Shown: positions 20,991 to 32,223, counted from the first letter of the stretch. The stretch: DNA of 64,000 nucleotides from Bryobacteraceae bacterium (GCA_035508055.1 DATJNO010000096.1:2609-66608), one strand, 5' to 3'. Numbers and translations: made by a program. Notes: generated by a model not told the origin, from the letters alone.

Positions 20991-23456
20991 TCAGGCGAGA
21001 TCGAATTTTTCGTGATGCAGCAGTTGGTCGCTCTTCACCAGCACGGACCGGTGCAGGATCTCTTCCAGTTCCTCCAGATATTTGTTCTGGTGCGACTTGA
21101 GGAACCGGGCGACATCCGGGTGTACGCGCAGCACGACCTCTTTGCCCTCCAGGACCGGCGCTATTTTGTGAGCCTCCTGGAGGATCTCGCTGACGATGGT
21201 CTGGACGCTCTTGACGTAACCAGCGCCCTCGCAGTGCGGGCAGGGCATGCACAGCGCGCGTTCCAGGCTTTGCTTGACGCGCTTGCGGGTGATGGCCACC
21301 AGACCGAAATCGTTGAACTGCAAAATTTTGTAGGGAGCCCGATCGGCGCGCATGGCCTCTTCGAGCGCCTGCATCACCTTCTGACGGTTCTTGCGCTCGT
21401 CCATGTCGATGAAGTCCACCACGATGATTCCGCCCAGGTCGCGCAGGCGGACCTGCCGCACGATCTCCTTCACCGCTTCGGTATTGGTCTTGACGATGGT
21501 GTCTTCCAAACGGTTGGAACGGCCCACATACTTGCCGGTGTTCACGTCGATGGCCACCAGAGCTTCGGTCTGATTGATCACGATGTGACCGCCCGACTTC
21601 AGCCACACCTTCGGCCGCAGCGCTTTCTCCAGCTCGGCGGTGACGTTGAAGGCGTCGAAAATGGGCTCGGGCCGCGTGTACATCTTGACGCGGGCCACCA
21701 GGGCGGGCTGAAAGCGCTCCACGAACCGCAGAACGCTCTCGTACATCTCCTCGTTGTCCACCCAGATGTCCTTGAACTGATCGGTCAGCTGATCGCGCAG
21801 GATGCGCTGCACGATATCCAGGTCGTGGTGCAGCAGCAGAGGCGCGGGTTTGCGCTCGGCCTTCTGGCGGATGTCCAGCCAGAGGTTGGCGAGAAAATTC
21901 ATGTCCGCGGCCAGATCCTCTTCGCTCTTCCCCTCGCCGGCGGTGCGCACGATGAAGCCGCCGGGAATGCCGGCGTGATGCGTCTGCAGGATTCGCTTCA
22001 GCCGCAGGCGCTCTTCGTCGCTGGCGATCTTGCGGGAGACGCCGGTGTGCTCCAGGGTGGGCATGTAGACGACGTATCGTCCCGGAAGGGCGATATGCGA
22101 CGTGATGCGCGCGCCCTTCTGGCCCAGGGGCTCTTTGGCGATTTGAACGATGATTTCCTGCCCTTCCTTGAGCAGATCGGTGATCGACGTGGAGGGCGTT
22201 CGTTCGGCCCGGCCGGAAGAACGCGGCGGCTCGGGGCGCGTGACGGCGGCTTCGGCCGCGGGCGCCGGTTCAGCGCCGCGCTGCTGATATTCGTAGCCGG
22301 AGTCGGCAGGTCCGCCACGCCGGCCGCGGCGGCGCATCCTCCGCGGGAGCCGATGCATGTAACGTCCGCCTTGCTCGCGAACCTGGGCGGTAAGCTGCTG
22401 GGGGGCAGCCGGCACGTGCGGCGACGTACCTGCGGAGGCGGCCTCTTCCGCCAGCATCGATTCGGCTTCCGCCTGCAGGGCGTCCACGGCCACGCCGTCC
22501 ACCTCGATCTCCGAGGATTCCAACGGCTCGGCCGTTGATTCATCCTCGGTGTCGTCGCGCATTGCGGCGGAGACAGGTTCGTCGGCGGGCAGCGGCTCGT
22601 CTTCCGGCTCGACGATGGCGGGTTTGCCGATCGCCGGCTCGACGACCGCCGTGTCAGCGCCGGCGACCTCTTCGGCGGTCTCCACATCCTCGGCGAGAGG
22701 CGCGTCGTCCGGTTCTTCAACCGCCTCCTCGGCGATTGCGCCGCCGGCTTCCGGTTCGCCGGCCTGCAAATTGCGAATCTCTTCCTCTTCGGCTTCGTCC
22801 AGCGGCTGGATGCTGGAGCGGGTGTACTTGGCGAGCGATTCGCCGGGGAGAACGTCAAAGCCGGCTGCCGGCGCGGGGCTGGGGGCATCGGTCGGGAGGG
22901 ATTCGGTTCGCGCAGGCTCCACGGGCGGCCGCGGAGCGCGCGGCGCCTCCGGTGACACAGCCGGGGCATATTTGGACTCAGGGAATCCGCGGCCGCGATT
23001 GCGCCGACGGCGCGACCGGCGTCCTCTCCGATCTCCGTCTTCGGCGCGCTCGGGCTGCGAGGAAGCAACGGACGGCGCCGCTGTCTCCGTGCTTTCCTCG
23101 CTGGCGGAAGCGGCAACCTCCGCTGCCGCGCCGCCTTCTTCGGCAGCCGGAGGTTCGACGGGTGGACGCCCGGGACGTTCCCCGCGAGGCGCCTCGCGGC
23201 TCACCGCCACGCGGTCGAACTCTTCGCTCTCTTCGAAAAAGTCGGAAACGTAAAGGAACGCGTCCCGCTCCAGGCCCAGATCGACGAACGCCGACTGCAT
23301 GCCCGGCAAGACGCGCGTGACACGGCCCTTGTGGATGCTGCCGGCCAGCGAATACTCGTTGGCGCGCTGAAAAAACACTTCCACCAGCTGGTCGTCCTCG
23401 AGAACGGCCACTTTGGTCTCGTGGCGATTCGACGAAATCACCAATTCCTTGCTCAT
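20991..23456 (-). CDS. rne: ribonuclease E/G family endoribonuclease with a large low-complexity insertion in the S1 domain
   Basis: The S1 N-terminus is GSIHKGRVTRVLPGMQSAFVDLGLERDAFLYVSDF. About 350 aa of E/P/A/R-rich sequence follow. Homology then resumes with ITDLLKEGQEIIVQIAKEPLGQKGARITSHIALPGRYVVYMP, the DNase I-like core and the Zn-link CPHCEGAG. Confidence 0.9.
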   Translation of the reverse strand: MSKELVISSNRHETKVAVLEDDQLVEVFFQRANEYSLAGSIHKGRVTRVLPGMQSAFVDLGLERDAFLYVSDFFEESEEFDRVAVSREAPRGERPGRPPVEPPAAEEGGAAAEVAASASEESTETAAPSVASSQPERAEDGDRRGRRSRRRRNRGRGFPESKYAPAVSPEAPRAPRPPVEPARTESLPTDAPSPAPAAGFDVLPGESLAKYTRSSIQPLDEAEEEEIRNLQAGEPEAGGAIAEEAVEEPDDAPLAEDVETAEEVAGADTAVVEPAIGKPAIVEPEDEPLPADEPVSAAMRDDTEDESTAEPLESSEIEVDGVAVDALQAEAESMLAEEAASAGTSPHVPAAPQQLTAQVREQGGRYMHRLPRRMRRRGRRGGPADSGYEYQQRGAEPAPAAEAAVTRPEPPRSSGRAERTPSTSITDLLKEGQEIIVQIAKEPLGQKGARITSHIALPGRYVVYMPTLEHTGVSRKIASDEERLRLKRILQTHHAGIPGGFIVRTAGEGKSEEDLAADMNFLANLWLDIRQKAERKPAPLLLHHDLDIVQRILRDQLTDQFKDIWVDNEEMYESVLRFVERFQPALVARVKMYTRPEPIFDAFNVTAELEKALRPKVWLKSGGHIVINQTEALVAIDVNTGKYVGRSNRLEDTIVKTNTEAVKEIVRQVRLRDLGGIIVVDFIDMDERKNRQKVMQALEEAMRADRAPYKILQFNDFGLVAITRKRVKQSLERALCMPCPHCEGAGYVKSVQTIVSEILQEAHKIAPVLEGKEVVLRVHPDVARFLKSHQNKYLEELEEILHRSVLVKSDQLLHHEKFDLA

Positions 23457-23726
23457 GAATGCTCCTAACAGTTCATGGCCAAGAACGGCAGATCCAAGGA
23501 ACGGAGGAGTTCAGTTGTAGCCAGCGCCCGGGTGATCCCCAGGACCGTTTTCCCGGCGCTCGCAACGCGCAAAATCTTGGAGCCTCCGAAGGCGGAGATA
23601 CGACTCTCAAACACCTTCTCAGGCGCTCAACCCAACTGCCCGGATGCGGACGCGGTGACCGTGGCAGCCGATCGATCCTATCTTTCCCTCAATCCTCTTG
23701 AAAACTGGCCGTCTCCCGACCACTTC

Positions 23727-24818
23727 CTAGTTTACAAATCGCCGGAGCCGCACGTTGTTCACAAGCCCCAGCATCAAAAACATCGCGACAATATTCGATC
23801 CGCCGGAACTCATGAGCGGCAAGGGAATACCCGTGACCGGCATCCGGCCCACCACCATTCCGACATTGACCAACACGTGAAACAAAAGCAACGCTGCCAC
23901 GCCCATGCAGAGATACATCCCGGCCCGGTCCGGGGCCGTTTGCGCATTCTGGACGATCTGCATCAGCAGCAGGAAATACAAGCCGAGCGCCACAATCACG
24001 CCGACGAAGCCGTGCTCCTCGGCAAACGCCGAGAAGATGAAGTCCTTGTGCGGCACCGGCAAAAACCGCCCTTGCGTCTGGGTCCCCTTGGTGACGCCTC
24101 TTCCCCAGAGCGCACCCGATCCGACCGCGATCTTGGATTGGATCACCTGGTATCCGGACCCCTTGGGGTCCTGACTGGGATCCAGAAAACTGACCACGCG
24201 CTGCCGCTGATAATCCTTCAGCACGAAATAGTAACTGAGGGGCGCGATCACCGCCACCGCCAGGAGAACCACCACGGCATACTGCCAACGAAAACCCGCC
24301 AGAAATACTCCCACTGCCAGGATCGGCAGAAACGTCAGGGCCGTGCCCAGATCCGGCTGGATCATCACCATAACCATCGGCAGGCCCACCAGGCCGGTCA
24401 ACTTCAACAGATCGTTGAGCTCGAGCTGCTCGGTCTTCAATTCCGTCAGGTACCGGGCCACCAGCAGAATAATCACCAGTTTAACGAATTCCGAGACCTG
24501 AAGATGATAGTTGGCGGTGCCGATCCAGCGCCGCGAACCGAAGGCCGTGGTGCCGACCGCATACGTGGCGATCAAAGTGGCGACAGAGAGGCCGTAGAGA
24601 ATCGGCACCTGGCCGAGCAAGGTATGGTAATCGATGAGGGTGGCGATCCAGAGGGCCACGCAACCGGCCGCAATCCAGATCACCTGCTTCCACCAGGCAT
24701 CGGCATAATGCGTTTCATGCGTGGCGCTGAAAATCTGCAGCACGCCGAGCGCGCAGATGGCGAAGGCCAGGATCAACATCAGCCAGTCGTAATCGCGGAG
24801 TGAACGGTAGGCCGGCAT
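23727..24818 (-). CDS. rodA: rod shape-determining protein RodA (SEDS family)
   Basis: 363-aa polytopic protein of the FtsW/RodA pattern, located downstream of mrdA. Confidence 0.9.
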   Translation of the reverse strand: MPAYRSLRDYDWLMLILAFAICALGVLQIFSATHETHYADAWWKQVIWIAAGCVALWIATLIDYHTLLGQVPILYGLSVATLIATYAVGTTAFGSRRWIGTANYHLQVSEFVKLVIILLVARYLTELKTEQLELNDLLKLTGLVGLPMVMVMIQPDLGTALTFLPILAVGVFLAGFRWQYAVVVLLAVAVIAPLSYYFVLKDYQRQRVVSFLDPSQDPKGSGYQVIQSKIAVGSGALWGRGVTKGTQTQGRFLPVPHKDFIFSAFAEEHGFVGVIVALGLYFLLLMQIVQNAQTAPDRAGMYLCMGVAALLLFHVLVNVGMVVGRMPVTGIPLPLMSSGGSNIVAMFLMLGLVNNVRLRRFVN

Positions 24819-24819
24819 G

Positions 24820-26742
24820 CTATGGGTTGTCCTGGTTTTGCGGCTGGGGCCGCGCAGCCGCGGGGGCGGGAGCGTTCAAGATCTGGGGCGGAAGGGCGGC
24901 AAGTTGCGGCCGCGGCTGGGCCAGCCGGGCCTTCTTGTCGAAATAAGCTTTCAGGACATCCCGCACGATGGGCGCGGCAAGCTGGCCATGTTCGCCGCCT
25001 TCAAACAGCGCGGCCACAACGATCTCCGGGTTGTCGCGCGGGGCGAAGCCGACGAACCAGGCATTGTCCTTATGCGTCGCTCCGAACGAGGTTCCCTTCA
25101 GAACCTGGTTGGACGCGAGCTGCGCCGTGCCGGTTTTGCCGCAGACCTCGATGCCGGGCAGACGGGCGCGTCCGCCCGTGCCGCCCGCCTCATTCACCAC
25201 GCCGTACATGCCGTTGATGACGGTACGCACGTTTTCGGGATTGAGCTGGGCGGTGCGCACCGGGATGAGATTGGCAGCCTCTTTCACCAGGTGGGGCTGG
25301 TACCAGTGGCCGCCGATCGCGATGCCGCCGATAGCGACCGCCATTTGCAGCGGCGTCACCGTGGTCGCACCCTGGCCGATGGCCACCGAGATGGTTTCGC
25401 CGGGATACCATTTTTCGCGGAAGTTGCGGATTTTCCAGCGGCTGGACGGCACCACGCCTTCCGCCTCATGCGGGAGGTCAATGCCGGTCTTGTGGCCGTA
25501 GCCGACCATTTCGGCGTATTCGGCGATGCGGTCGATGCCCAGCCGGTTGCCGACGTTGTAAAAGAACGTGTCGCAGGAGTGGACCAGGCCGGAGTGGACG
25601 TCCACGGACCCATGCTTGCCCCAGCACTTGAAGTAGCGGCCGTAAAAACTCGCCCCGCCGCCGCAGTTGACGCGGAAATTGTCGTCGATGGCCCCGGTTT
25701 CCAGACCGGCCAGCGCCATGATGGGCTTGAAGGTGGACCCGGGTGCGTCTTGGGCCTGAATGGCGCGGTTCAACAGCGGGTGATCCGGATTGTCCAGCAG
25801 CTCCTTCCAATCCTTGGAGCGGATGCGTCCGGCGAAAAGATTGGGATCGAAGGCCGGGCGGCTGACCATGGCCAGCACTTCGCCATTGCGGGGGTCCAGC
25901 GCCACCACCGCGCCGCGGCGGTTCTCCAAGGTCAGTTCGGCCACCGCTTGCAGGTCCAGGTCGATGGTCAGTTGCAGACTCTTGCCGGGGATGGCTTCCT
26001 TGTCGTCGAGCACGCGGCGCTCGTTGCCGAAACTGTCCACTTCCACGCGGCGCTGCCCGTCGACGCCCATCAGAATGTCGTTGTACTGGCGCTCGATGCC
26101 GTCCTTGCCGATGACATCGCCTTGATGGAAATTGGCGAATTCGGGCGTGTTCAACTCGGCTTCGCTGATTTCCCCGACATACCCGATGACGTGCGCCGCC
26201 AGGCCGTCGCGCGGATACAGGCGATGCTGGACGTGAATGACCTCCAGCTCGGGGAAGGTGTTGGCATCGTTGTGCGATTCGACGAAGGCCAATTCGGAGG
26301 GCGTCAGCTCTTCCTTGATGGGGATGGGTTCGTACTGCGGCGCGCCGCGGGATTGAAAGCGGCGTACGCGCGCCACCAGGCTGTCGTAATCCAGGTCCAG
26401 GCCTTCGGCGATCGGCCGCAGATGATCCATCTTCAGGTTCTCGCGCGAAAGATAGAGGCTGAACGAGGAATGGTTGTCGACGATCACGCGGCCGTCGCGG
26501 TCCAGAATCTTGCCGCGCGGCGCCAGCACCGGGATGGACTTGATGCTGTTCTCCATCGCCCTCTCCTGGTAGACCGCAGGGTTGCGCACCTGCAGATCCC
26601 AGAACCCGGTAAGGAGAAACAGAAATACAGCGACGCCCACGTACTGGAAGAAAGCGATCTTCCCGGCGGCGAATTTGCTGTCGTCGCGCAGAAGCCCGTT
26701 GGCGGAGAGTTGTTCGTCTTCGCGAGAGGCCCAAAGTTTCAC
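24820..26742 (-). CDS. mrdA: penicillin-binding protein 2 (elongasome transpeptidase)
   Basis: 640 aa with an N-terminal TM segment and the motifs GSTFKP, SCD.. and KTGTA. Confidence 0.9.
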   Translation of the reverse strand: MKLWASREDEQLSANGLLRDDSKFAAGKIAFFQYVGVAVFLFLLTGFWDLQVRNPAVYQERAMENSIKSIPVLAPRGKILDRDGRVIVDNHSSFSLYLSRENLKMDHLRPIAEGLDLDYDSLVARVRRFQSRGAPQYEPIPIKEELTPSELAFVESHNDANTFPELEVIHVQHRLYPRDGLAAHVIGYVGEISEAELNTPEFANFHQGDVIGKDGIERQYNDILMGVDGQRRVEVDSFGNERRVLDDKEAIPGKSLQLTIDLDLQAVAELTLENRRGAVVALDPRNGEVLAMVSRPAFDPNLFAGRIRSKDWKELLDNPDHPLLNRAIQAQDAPGSTFKPIMALAGLETGAIDDNFRVNCGGGASFYGRYFKCWGKHGSVDVHSGLVHSCDTFFYNVGNRLGIDRIAEYAEMVGYGHKTGIDLPHEAEGVVPSSRWKIRNFREKWYPGETISVAIGQGATTVTPLQMAVAIGGIAIGGHWYQPHLVKEAANLIPVRTAQLNPENVRTVINGMYGVVNEAGGTGGRARLPGIEVCGKTGTAQLASNQVLKGTSFGATHKDNAWFVGFAPRDNPEIVVAALFEGGEHGQLAAPIVRDVLKAYFDKKARLAQPRPQLAALPPQILNAPAPAAARPQPQNQDNP

Positions 26743-26759
26743 AAGTTAAACGCTGAGAA

Positions 26760-27293
26760 TCAGCTAGCTCCTTTTAGTTTATCTAAAATGCGGAACAACG
26801 GCAGGGCCACGGCGGCGTTAAGAAGTCCGAAGATCAGGGTTTGTTGGGCATCGAACAGGACGGCTTCGCCCAGCAGCGCGCGTGCCAGCACCCAGTAAAA
26901 GAACTGGTGGAAAAAATAAAAGAAAAAGCTCAGGACAAATGTGACCACCGGGTTTTCGACGTCGAAACGCATGCTGACCGACGCCGCGAAGTAGCCCACC
27001 AGCGCTTTGACGATTCCGTACATGCCGAGTGGTTGGTGGGAGAGCGAATCCTGCGCCAGGCCGATCGCGGTGCCGTAGAAGACCGCCGAGATCGGCCCGC
27101 CGCGGCTGAGCGCGAAGTGCACGGTGACCAGCAGAGGCAGCTCCAGGTACGCCAGAAACGGCACGAAGCGCGGCACGTAGACTTCGAACAGGATGGCGGC
27201 CAAAGGGACAATCAGCAGCCAAATGGCCCGCAAGCGCTCGCCGGCGTGCTTACGCGGGGATTCGCTCAGCAAGCGCTCGGTGTACTCTGTCAT
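26760..27293 (-). CDS. mreD: rod shape-determining protein MreD
   Basis: 177-aa polytopic protein located between mreC and mrdA. Confidence 0.8.
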   Translation of the reverse strand: MTEYTERLLSESPRKHAGERLRAIWLLIVPLAAILFEVYVPRFVPFLAYLELPLLVTVHFALSRGGPISAVFYGTAIGLAQDSLSHQPLGMYGIVKALVGYFAASVSMRFDVENPVVTFVLSFFFYFFHQFFYWVLARALLGEAVLFDAQQTLIFGLLNAAVALPLFRILDKLKGAS

Positions 27294-28651
27294 GGATTCG
27301 AAGGCGTCGCGGGCGGCGCCGTCTGAGCGGGTGTTGCGGCCGGTTTGGAAGGTTTGGGCGGCGGTGGAGCTCCCTCGGCGCCGGGATCGGCGTCGGTGGG
27401 ATCCGTGACCAGGATTGGAGTAGTGGGCCGGACAGTTGGCTTGGGCGCAGCGGCCTTGTCGGTTGTTGGCTTGACCCGCGGTTGCGCGGCCGGTGAAGCG
27501 CCGGGCAAGGGAGGTTTGGCAGTCCCAGCCTGGGTGGCGCCTGGTGTCGATGGAGCCGGTCCCGGATTACCCGGAGCCGCCGGATGAGCCTCCGCCGCGG
27601 GCGGCGCGTTGGCCCGCAGACCGGGGATCTTGGTAAAGTCCGGCGGTTTGGAACCTGGCACGCCTACGCCGTAAACGTGGTGCTGGGCGTCGCCCGCCTC
27701 CTTGTAAATTTCGCGCAACCGGTCCGCGTCCGTCGTCAGAGCGGCGGGCTGCCCGGTCTCCTGGGGTGCTTGGGTGACTGCGCTGGGCGGCGGCGCGAGA
27801 ATTTTGTATCCGGGACTCGCGGTCTCGCTATCGGGGATCTCCTGGTGTACGCCGTTGATGACGATCAACACCTCCTCCACCTGCATCGCGCTCGGCGTTA
27901 CATAGATCTCTTTAAACGTCTTTCCGTTTCGCACCGCGGTGACCTGGCCGACCGGGAATCCGCGCGGAAAGATGCGATCGTCGCCGGAGGTGTAAAACCA
28001 CTCGCCCAGATCCACGCGCTCCTCGTTTTGGACGAAATCCACCAGACATTCGGCGTGGCCCAACCCCCGCAGCGTGCCATGTACGCGGTTGCGCTGGGAA
28101 ACCACGCCCGCTCCGAACGTGGGGTCGGTGATCAGCATCACCAGCGAAGCAGTGGGATACGCGTCCACCACCTTGCCCACGATGCCGTCCGGCGTGACGA
28201 CGGCCATGCCGCTTTCGACACCGCTGGTCGATCCCCGGTCAACGAATACGACCTTGGAATTGGCGCCGGTGCCGTTGCCGATGACGCGGGCGGCCACAGT
28301 CTTCGACGGCGATTGCGCCTGAAACAGGCTGAGAGCTTTGGCGCGGTCCGCAGTGCCCAGTTCGGACTTCAGATACGCGTTTTCGATCTTGAGCTGACCG
28401 TTTTCCTGCCGGAGCTTTTCGTTGGCGCTGCGCACGCCCAGCAGCACGAAGTAATCTTCCACGAAGCCCCAGGTGTAGCGGCGCACCACCTCCAGACCCT
28501 GCTCGACCGGGGTTACCGCCGTCACGGCCCAAACCCGGATCAGCGGGACGCTGTTGTTGCTCTTGACCTGGTAGGCGATGAGCACCAACTGGGCTGTGAT
28601 CACGACCAGAAGGACCGTGAGGTTGCGGTAGCGGCTGAGGAAGAAGTCCAT
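27290..28651 (-). CDS. mreC: rod shape-determining protein MreC with a ~150-aa Pro/Ala-rich C-terminal extension
   Basis: N-terminal TM segment, a coiled coil (NEKLRQENGQLKIENAYLKSEL) and the MreC beta-domain, followed by a PA-rich tail. Confidence 0.88.
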   Translation of the reverse strand: MDFFLSRYRNLTVLLVVITAQLVLIAYQVKSNNSVPLIRVWAVTAVTPVEQGLEVVRRYTWGFVEDYFVLLGVRSANEKLRQENGQLKIENAYLKSELGTADRAKALSLFQAQSPSKTVAARVIGNGTGANSKVVFVDRGSTSGVESGMAVVTPDGIVGKVVDAYPTASLVMLITDPTFGAGVVSQRNRVHGTLRGLGHAECLVDFVQNEERVDLGEWFYTSGDDRIFPRGFPVGQVTAVRNGKTFKEIYVTPSAMQVEEVLIVINGVHQEIPDSETASPGYKILAPPPSAVTQAPQETGQPAALTTDADRLREIYKEAGDAQHHVYGVGVPGSKPPDFTKIPGLRANAPPAAEAHPAAPGNPGPAPSTPGATQAGTAKPPLPGASPAAQPRVKPTTDKAAAPKPTVRPTTPILVTDPTDADPGAEGAPPPPKPSKPAATPAQTAPPATPSNP

Positions 28652-28696
28652 AAGTTACATCAACATCCACCGGACCCTATCCGAATCACCGGCCGG

Positions 28697-29722
<1,026 letters not shown>

Positions 29723-29895
29723 GTACGAAACTCTTAGGGCTCCTTCGTTCCTCGAAAGGGCTGTAACAAAACCACATTCCGGTGTTTCAAGGGAAAAGCG
29801 GGAGGCGCTCCGACAGCCACACTCAGCGTATCATGTTCACCGCGCTGGCATCAATTTTTTGACGACCTTCCGGCGTATGCGAGAATCGAAGGGAA

Positions 29896-31023
29896 ATGTT
29901 CACCCGGCGTGCATTGTTGGCCGGTGGCCTGGGCGCGCTGGCAGCCTGCACCCGCCCCAAAGCCAAGGGATTTGCCGGTTATGCCTTCATCGCCAACCAG
30001 GAGGGCGGGGCCGTGGCGGCCGTCGATCTGGAGGTGTTCGCGGTAGCGCGGCACATCCGGGTGGATGGGGCTCCCACGGCGGTGGTTGCGCGTGCGGAAA
30101 CGGCCCGCGTTTATGCGCTAACGCCTGCTAACGGCTCGGTTCACGAGATTCGCGCCGACACCTTGACCTTCGCCCGCAAGGTGCAACTCGGCGGCTCGGC
30201 CATTACCATGCGCCTGGCGCCCCGCGGGACGGAGCTCTACGTGCTCTGCCAACAGCCCCGGCGTTTGGTGCGGCTGGCGCTCGATCCGTTGCGCGTCGCC
30301 GGAACCCTGCCTCTGGCCGCCGATCCGGTGGATTTCGATATTTCCCCGGACGGCGCGACGCTCGCCATCAGCCACGGCCCGGCGCGGTCCATCACGTTCG
30401 TGGACACCGCGCAACTCCAGGGAGCCGTCGTGCCGGCGCCGGGCGACATCGGCCTGCTGCGTTTTCAAGCCGATTCCAAGCAACTGATCGCGGCCAACCG
30501 CAGCGAGCGCATGCTTTCCGTTTATCAGCTCCCCGAGCGCCGCCTGATGGTCAATCTGCCGCTGGCAGTCCGGCCGGACCACTTGTGCTTCAACGCTGAC
30601 GGCGGTCAATTGTTCGTCACTGGCGACGGGATGGACGCGGTGGTGGTGGTGTATCCGTACTACACGCCGGAGATCGCCGAGACGGTGCTGGCGGGTCACA
30701 GTCCGGGAGCGATGGCGGCCTCGGCTTCGCCCGGGTATCTTTTCGTCGCCAACCCGGCGTCAGGCGATGTCAGCATCCTGGACATCGAAACGCGGCAGCT
30801 GGTGGCCGTAACGCCCGTTGGAACCGAGCCCTGCTACATCACCATCACCCCCGACGATCAATACGCGCTGGTGCTGAACCAGTCATCCGGCGATATGGCA
30901 GTGATCCGGATTCCGAACGTGACGCGCGCGATCAACGAACAGCGCCGCTGGAAAAAAGGGCCGCTGTTCATGCTGATCCCCATCGGATCGAGGCCCGTCA
31001 GCGCGGCGATCATGAGCATCTGA
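29896..31023 (+). CDS. YVTN/YncE-like beta-propeller repeat lipoprotein
   Basis: Lipobox-like LAAC signal and repeated ..A(V/I)..D.....V..I.VG..P..(I/V)A..PDG.. units. Confidence 0.65.
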   Translation: MFTRRALLAGGLGALAACTRPKAKGFAGYAFIANQEGGAVAAVDLEVFAVARHIRVDGAPTAVVARAETARVYALTPANGSVHEIRADTLTFARKVQLGGSAITMRLAPRGTELYVLCQQPRRLVRLALDPLRVAGTLPLAADPVDFDISPDGATLAISHGPARSITFVDTAQLQGAVVPAPGDIGLLRFQADSKQLIAANRSERMLSVYQLPERRLMVNLPLAVRPDHLCFNADGGQLFVTGDGMDAVVVVYPYYTPEIAETVLAGHSPGAMAASASPGYLFVANPASGDVSILDIETRQLVAVTPVGTEPCYITITPDDQYALVLNQSSGDMAVIRIPNVTRAINEQRRWKKGPLFMLIPIGSRPVSAAIMSI

Positions 31024-31026
31024 CGG

Positions 31027-31443
31027 CTAGAAATTGAATTCTTCGATCTGCGGCGGGTTTTGATCATAGTCGCTGTAGCGGATCCACTTCGGCGCTACCA
31101 CAAAGTACGCAACTTTGGGCCACGATAAATGACTGCGACATTCCGGCCACACCGCGAAGTAGACCTCTTGACAGCGCGCCAGTTCGCCGCCCTTCGGTTC
31201 GCTTGCGTCGCCCTCGTATTGCAGCGTGACTTCGCCCTCCCAGCCGAGGACGAGCGACGCGCGCGGATTGCGGACCAGGTTGCTGTACTTGCGCGAGCTG
31301 CTGACCGTGTCGAAGATGATCTCGAGATCCCGCGTCACGGCGATGCCCACCAGTGCACCTTGCGGAAGGCCATCGGGCGAAATGCTTCCTAACACACCGA
31401 GCCGATGCTTCACGATGAAGTTGTACAGATCTTCTTTCGTCAT
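31027..31443 (-). CDS. pyridoxamine 5'-phosphate oxidase-family FMN-binding protein
   Basis: Internal Met of ORF 31027..31902: MTKEDLYNFIVKHRLGVLGSISPDGLPQGALVG... Its start overlaps the rsmE stop as ATGA. Confidence 0.65.
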   Translation of the reverse strand: MTKEDLYNFIVKHRLGVLGSISPDGLPQGALVGIAVTRDLEIIFDTVSSSRKYSNLVRNPRASLVLGWEGEVTLQYEGDASEPKGGELARCQEVYFAVWPECRSHLSWPKVAYFVVAPKWIRYSDYDQNPPQIEEFNF

Positions 31444-32168
31444 TGGGGTTCGGCCTCCCAGGCCGCATGGACGATCGCCAGGGCGGCGACGGCTGCCGTT
31501 TCGGCGCGCAGAATTCCCGAGCCGAGCGAAACGGCCTTCCAACCGGCTTGGGTAATCTCCGCACGTTCGCGATCCGTCCAGCCGCCTTCGGGACCCACCA
31601 GCAGGGCCACACGGTCCTCGCTGCGGCGCAGGGCAGGGAAGGCCGAAAGCACCGGATATGCCTCGCCTTCGTCCAATAGGTAAGGATAGTCCGCCGCGGC
31701 ATGGAGCACCTCGGACAGCGCGAGAGGCGCGCAAAGCTCCGGCAGCCGTGCCCGCCGCGACTGTTCGCTGGCCTCCCGGGCGATCCGGTTCCATCTGTCC
31801 AGCCGCTTCCGGGCGGCGCGTTCCAGCCCCTTTTCGCTGCGCTCCGCCTGGACCGGCGTCAATTGCGCGACGCCCAGTTCGGTGGCCTTTTCGATCAGCC
31901 ATTCGAAGCGCTCAAATTTGATGAGCGAGGCGAACAGCGCCGTCTGGACCGTGGCCGCGCCCGCTTCCATCCGCTCGACGATGGCAAACGAAACCAGATC
32001 CTTGCGGGCGGTCTCCACCTCGGCCAGGTAAACATCGCGGTTGTCCGAGATTTCGAATTTCTGCCCGGGCTCGACTCGCAGCACGCGGGTCAGGTGGCGC
32101 GCATCTTCGCCGGCAATCTCGGCATGGCCGCGGCGCACTGCATCGACAAAGAACCGGCGGCGAGCCAT
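31440..32168 (-). CDS. rsmE: 16S rRNA (uracil1498-N3)-methyltransferase RsmE
   Basis: Internal Met of ORF 31440..32762: MARRRFFVD..HLTRVLRVEPG.. and C-terminal LLVGPEGGWTDRE..LGSGILRAETA. Confidence 0.85.
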   Translation of the reverse strand: MARRRFFVDAVRRGHAEIAGEDARHLTRVLRVEPGQKFEISDNRDVYLAEVETARKDLVSFAIVERMEAGAATVQTALFASLIKFERFEWLIEKATELGVAQLTPVQAERSEKGLERAARKRLDRWNRIAREASEQSRRARLPELCAPLALSEVLHAAADYPYLLDEGEAYPVLSAFPALRRSEDRVALLVGPEGGWTDRERAEITQAGWKAVSLGSGILRAETAAVAALAIVHAAWEAEPQ

Positions 32169-32223
32169 GTAAATTACTGTACGCCACTTGTGCCGCCGCG
32201 CAGGTTCAGGATAACCTGCAGCG

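Noticed and set aside
21012-23320. Plus-strand ORFs 21012..22538 (508 aa), 22535..23320 and 22549..23253, plus minus-strand alternative frames 20824..21606 and 21998..23116
   Set aside because: All of them overlap the RNase E/G gene, whose own frame carries unmistakable S1, catalytic and Zn-link motifs. The low-complexity insert keeps several frames open by chance.
24817-26898. 693-aa plus-strand ORF, with nested ORFs, opposite mrdA/mreD
   Set aside because: It is antisense to a canonical PBP2 gene. Its Arg/Gly/Ala-rich sequence has no motifs, which makes it a high-GC artefact.
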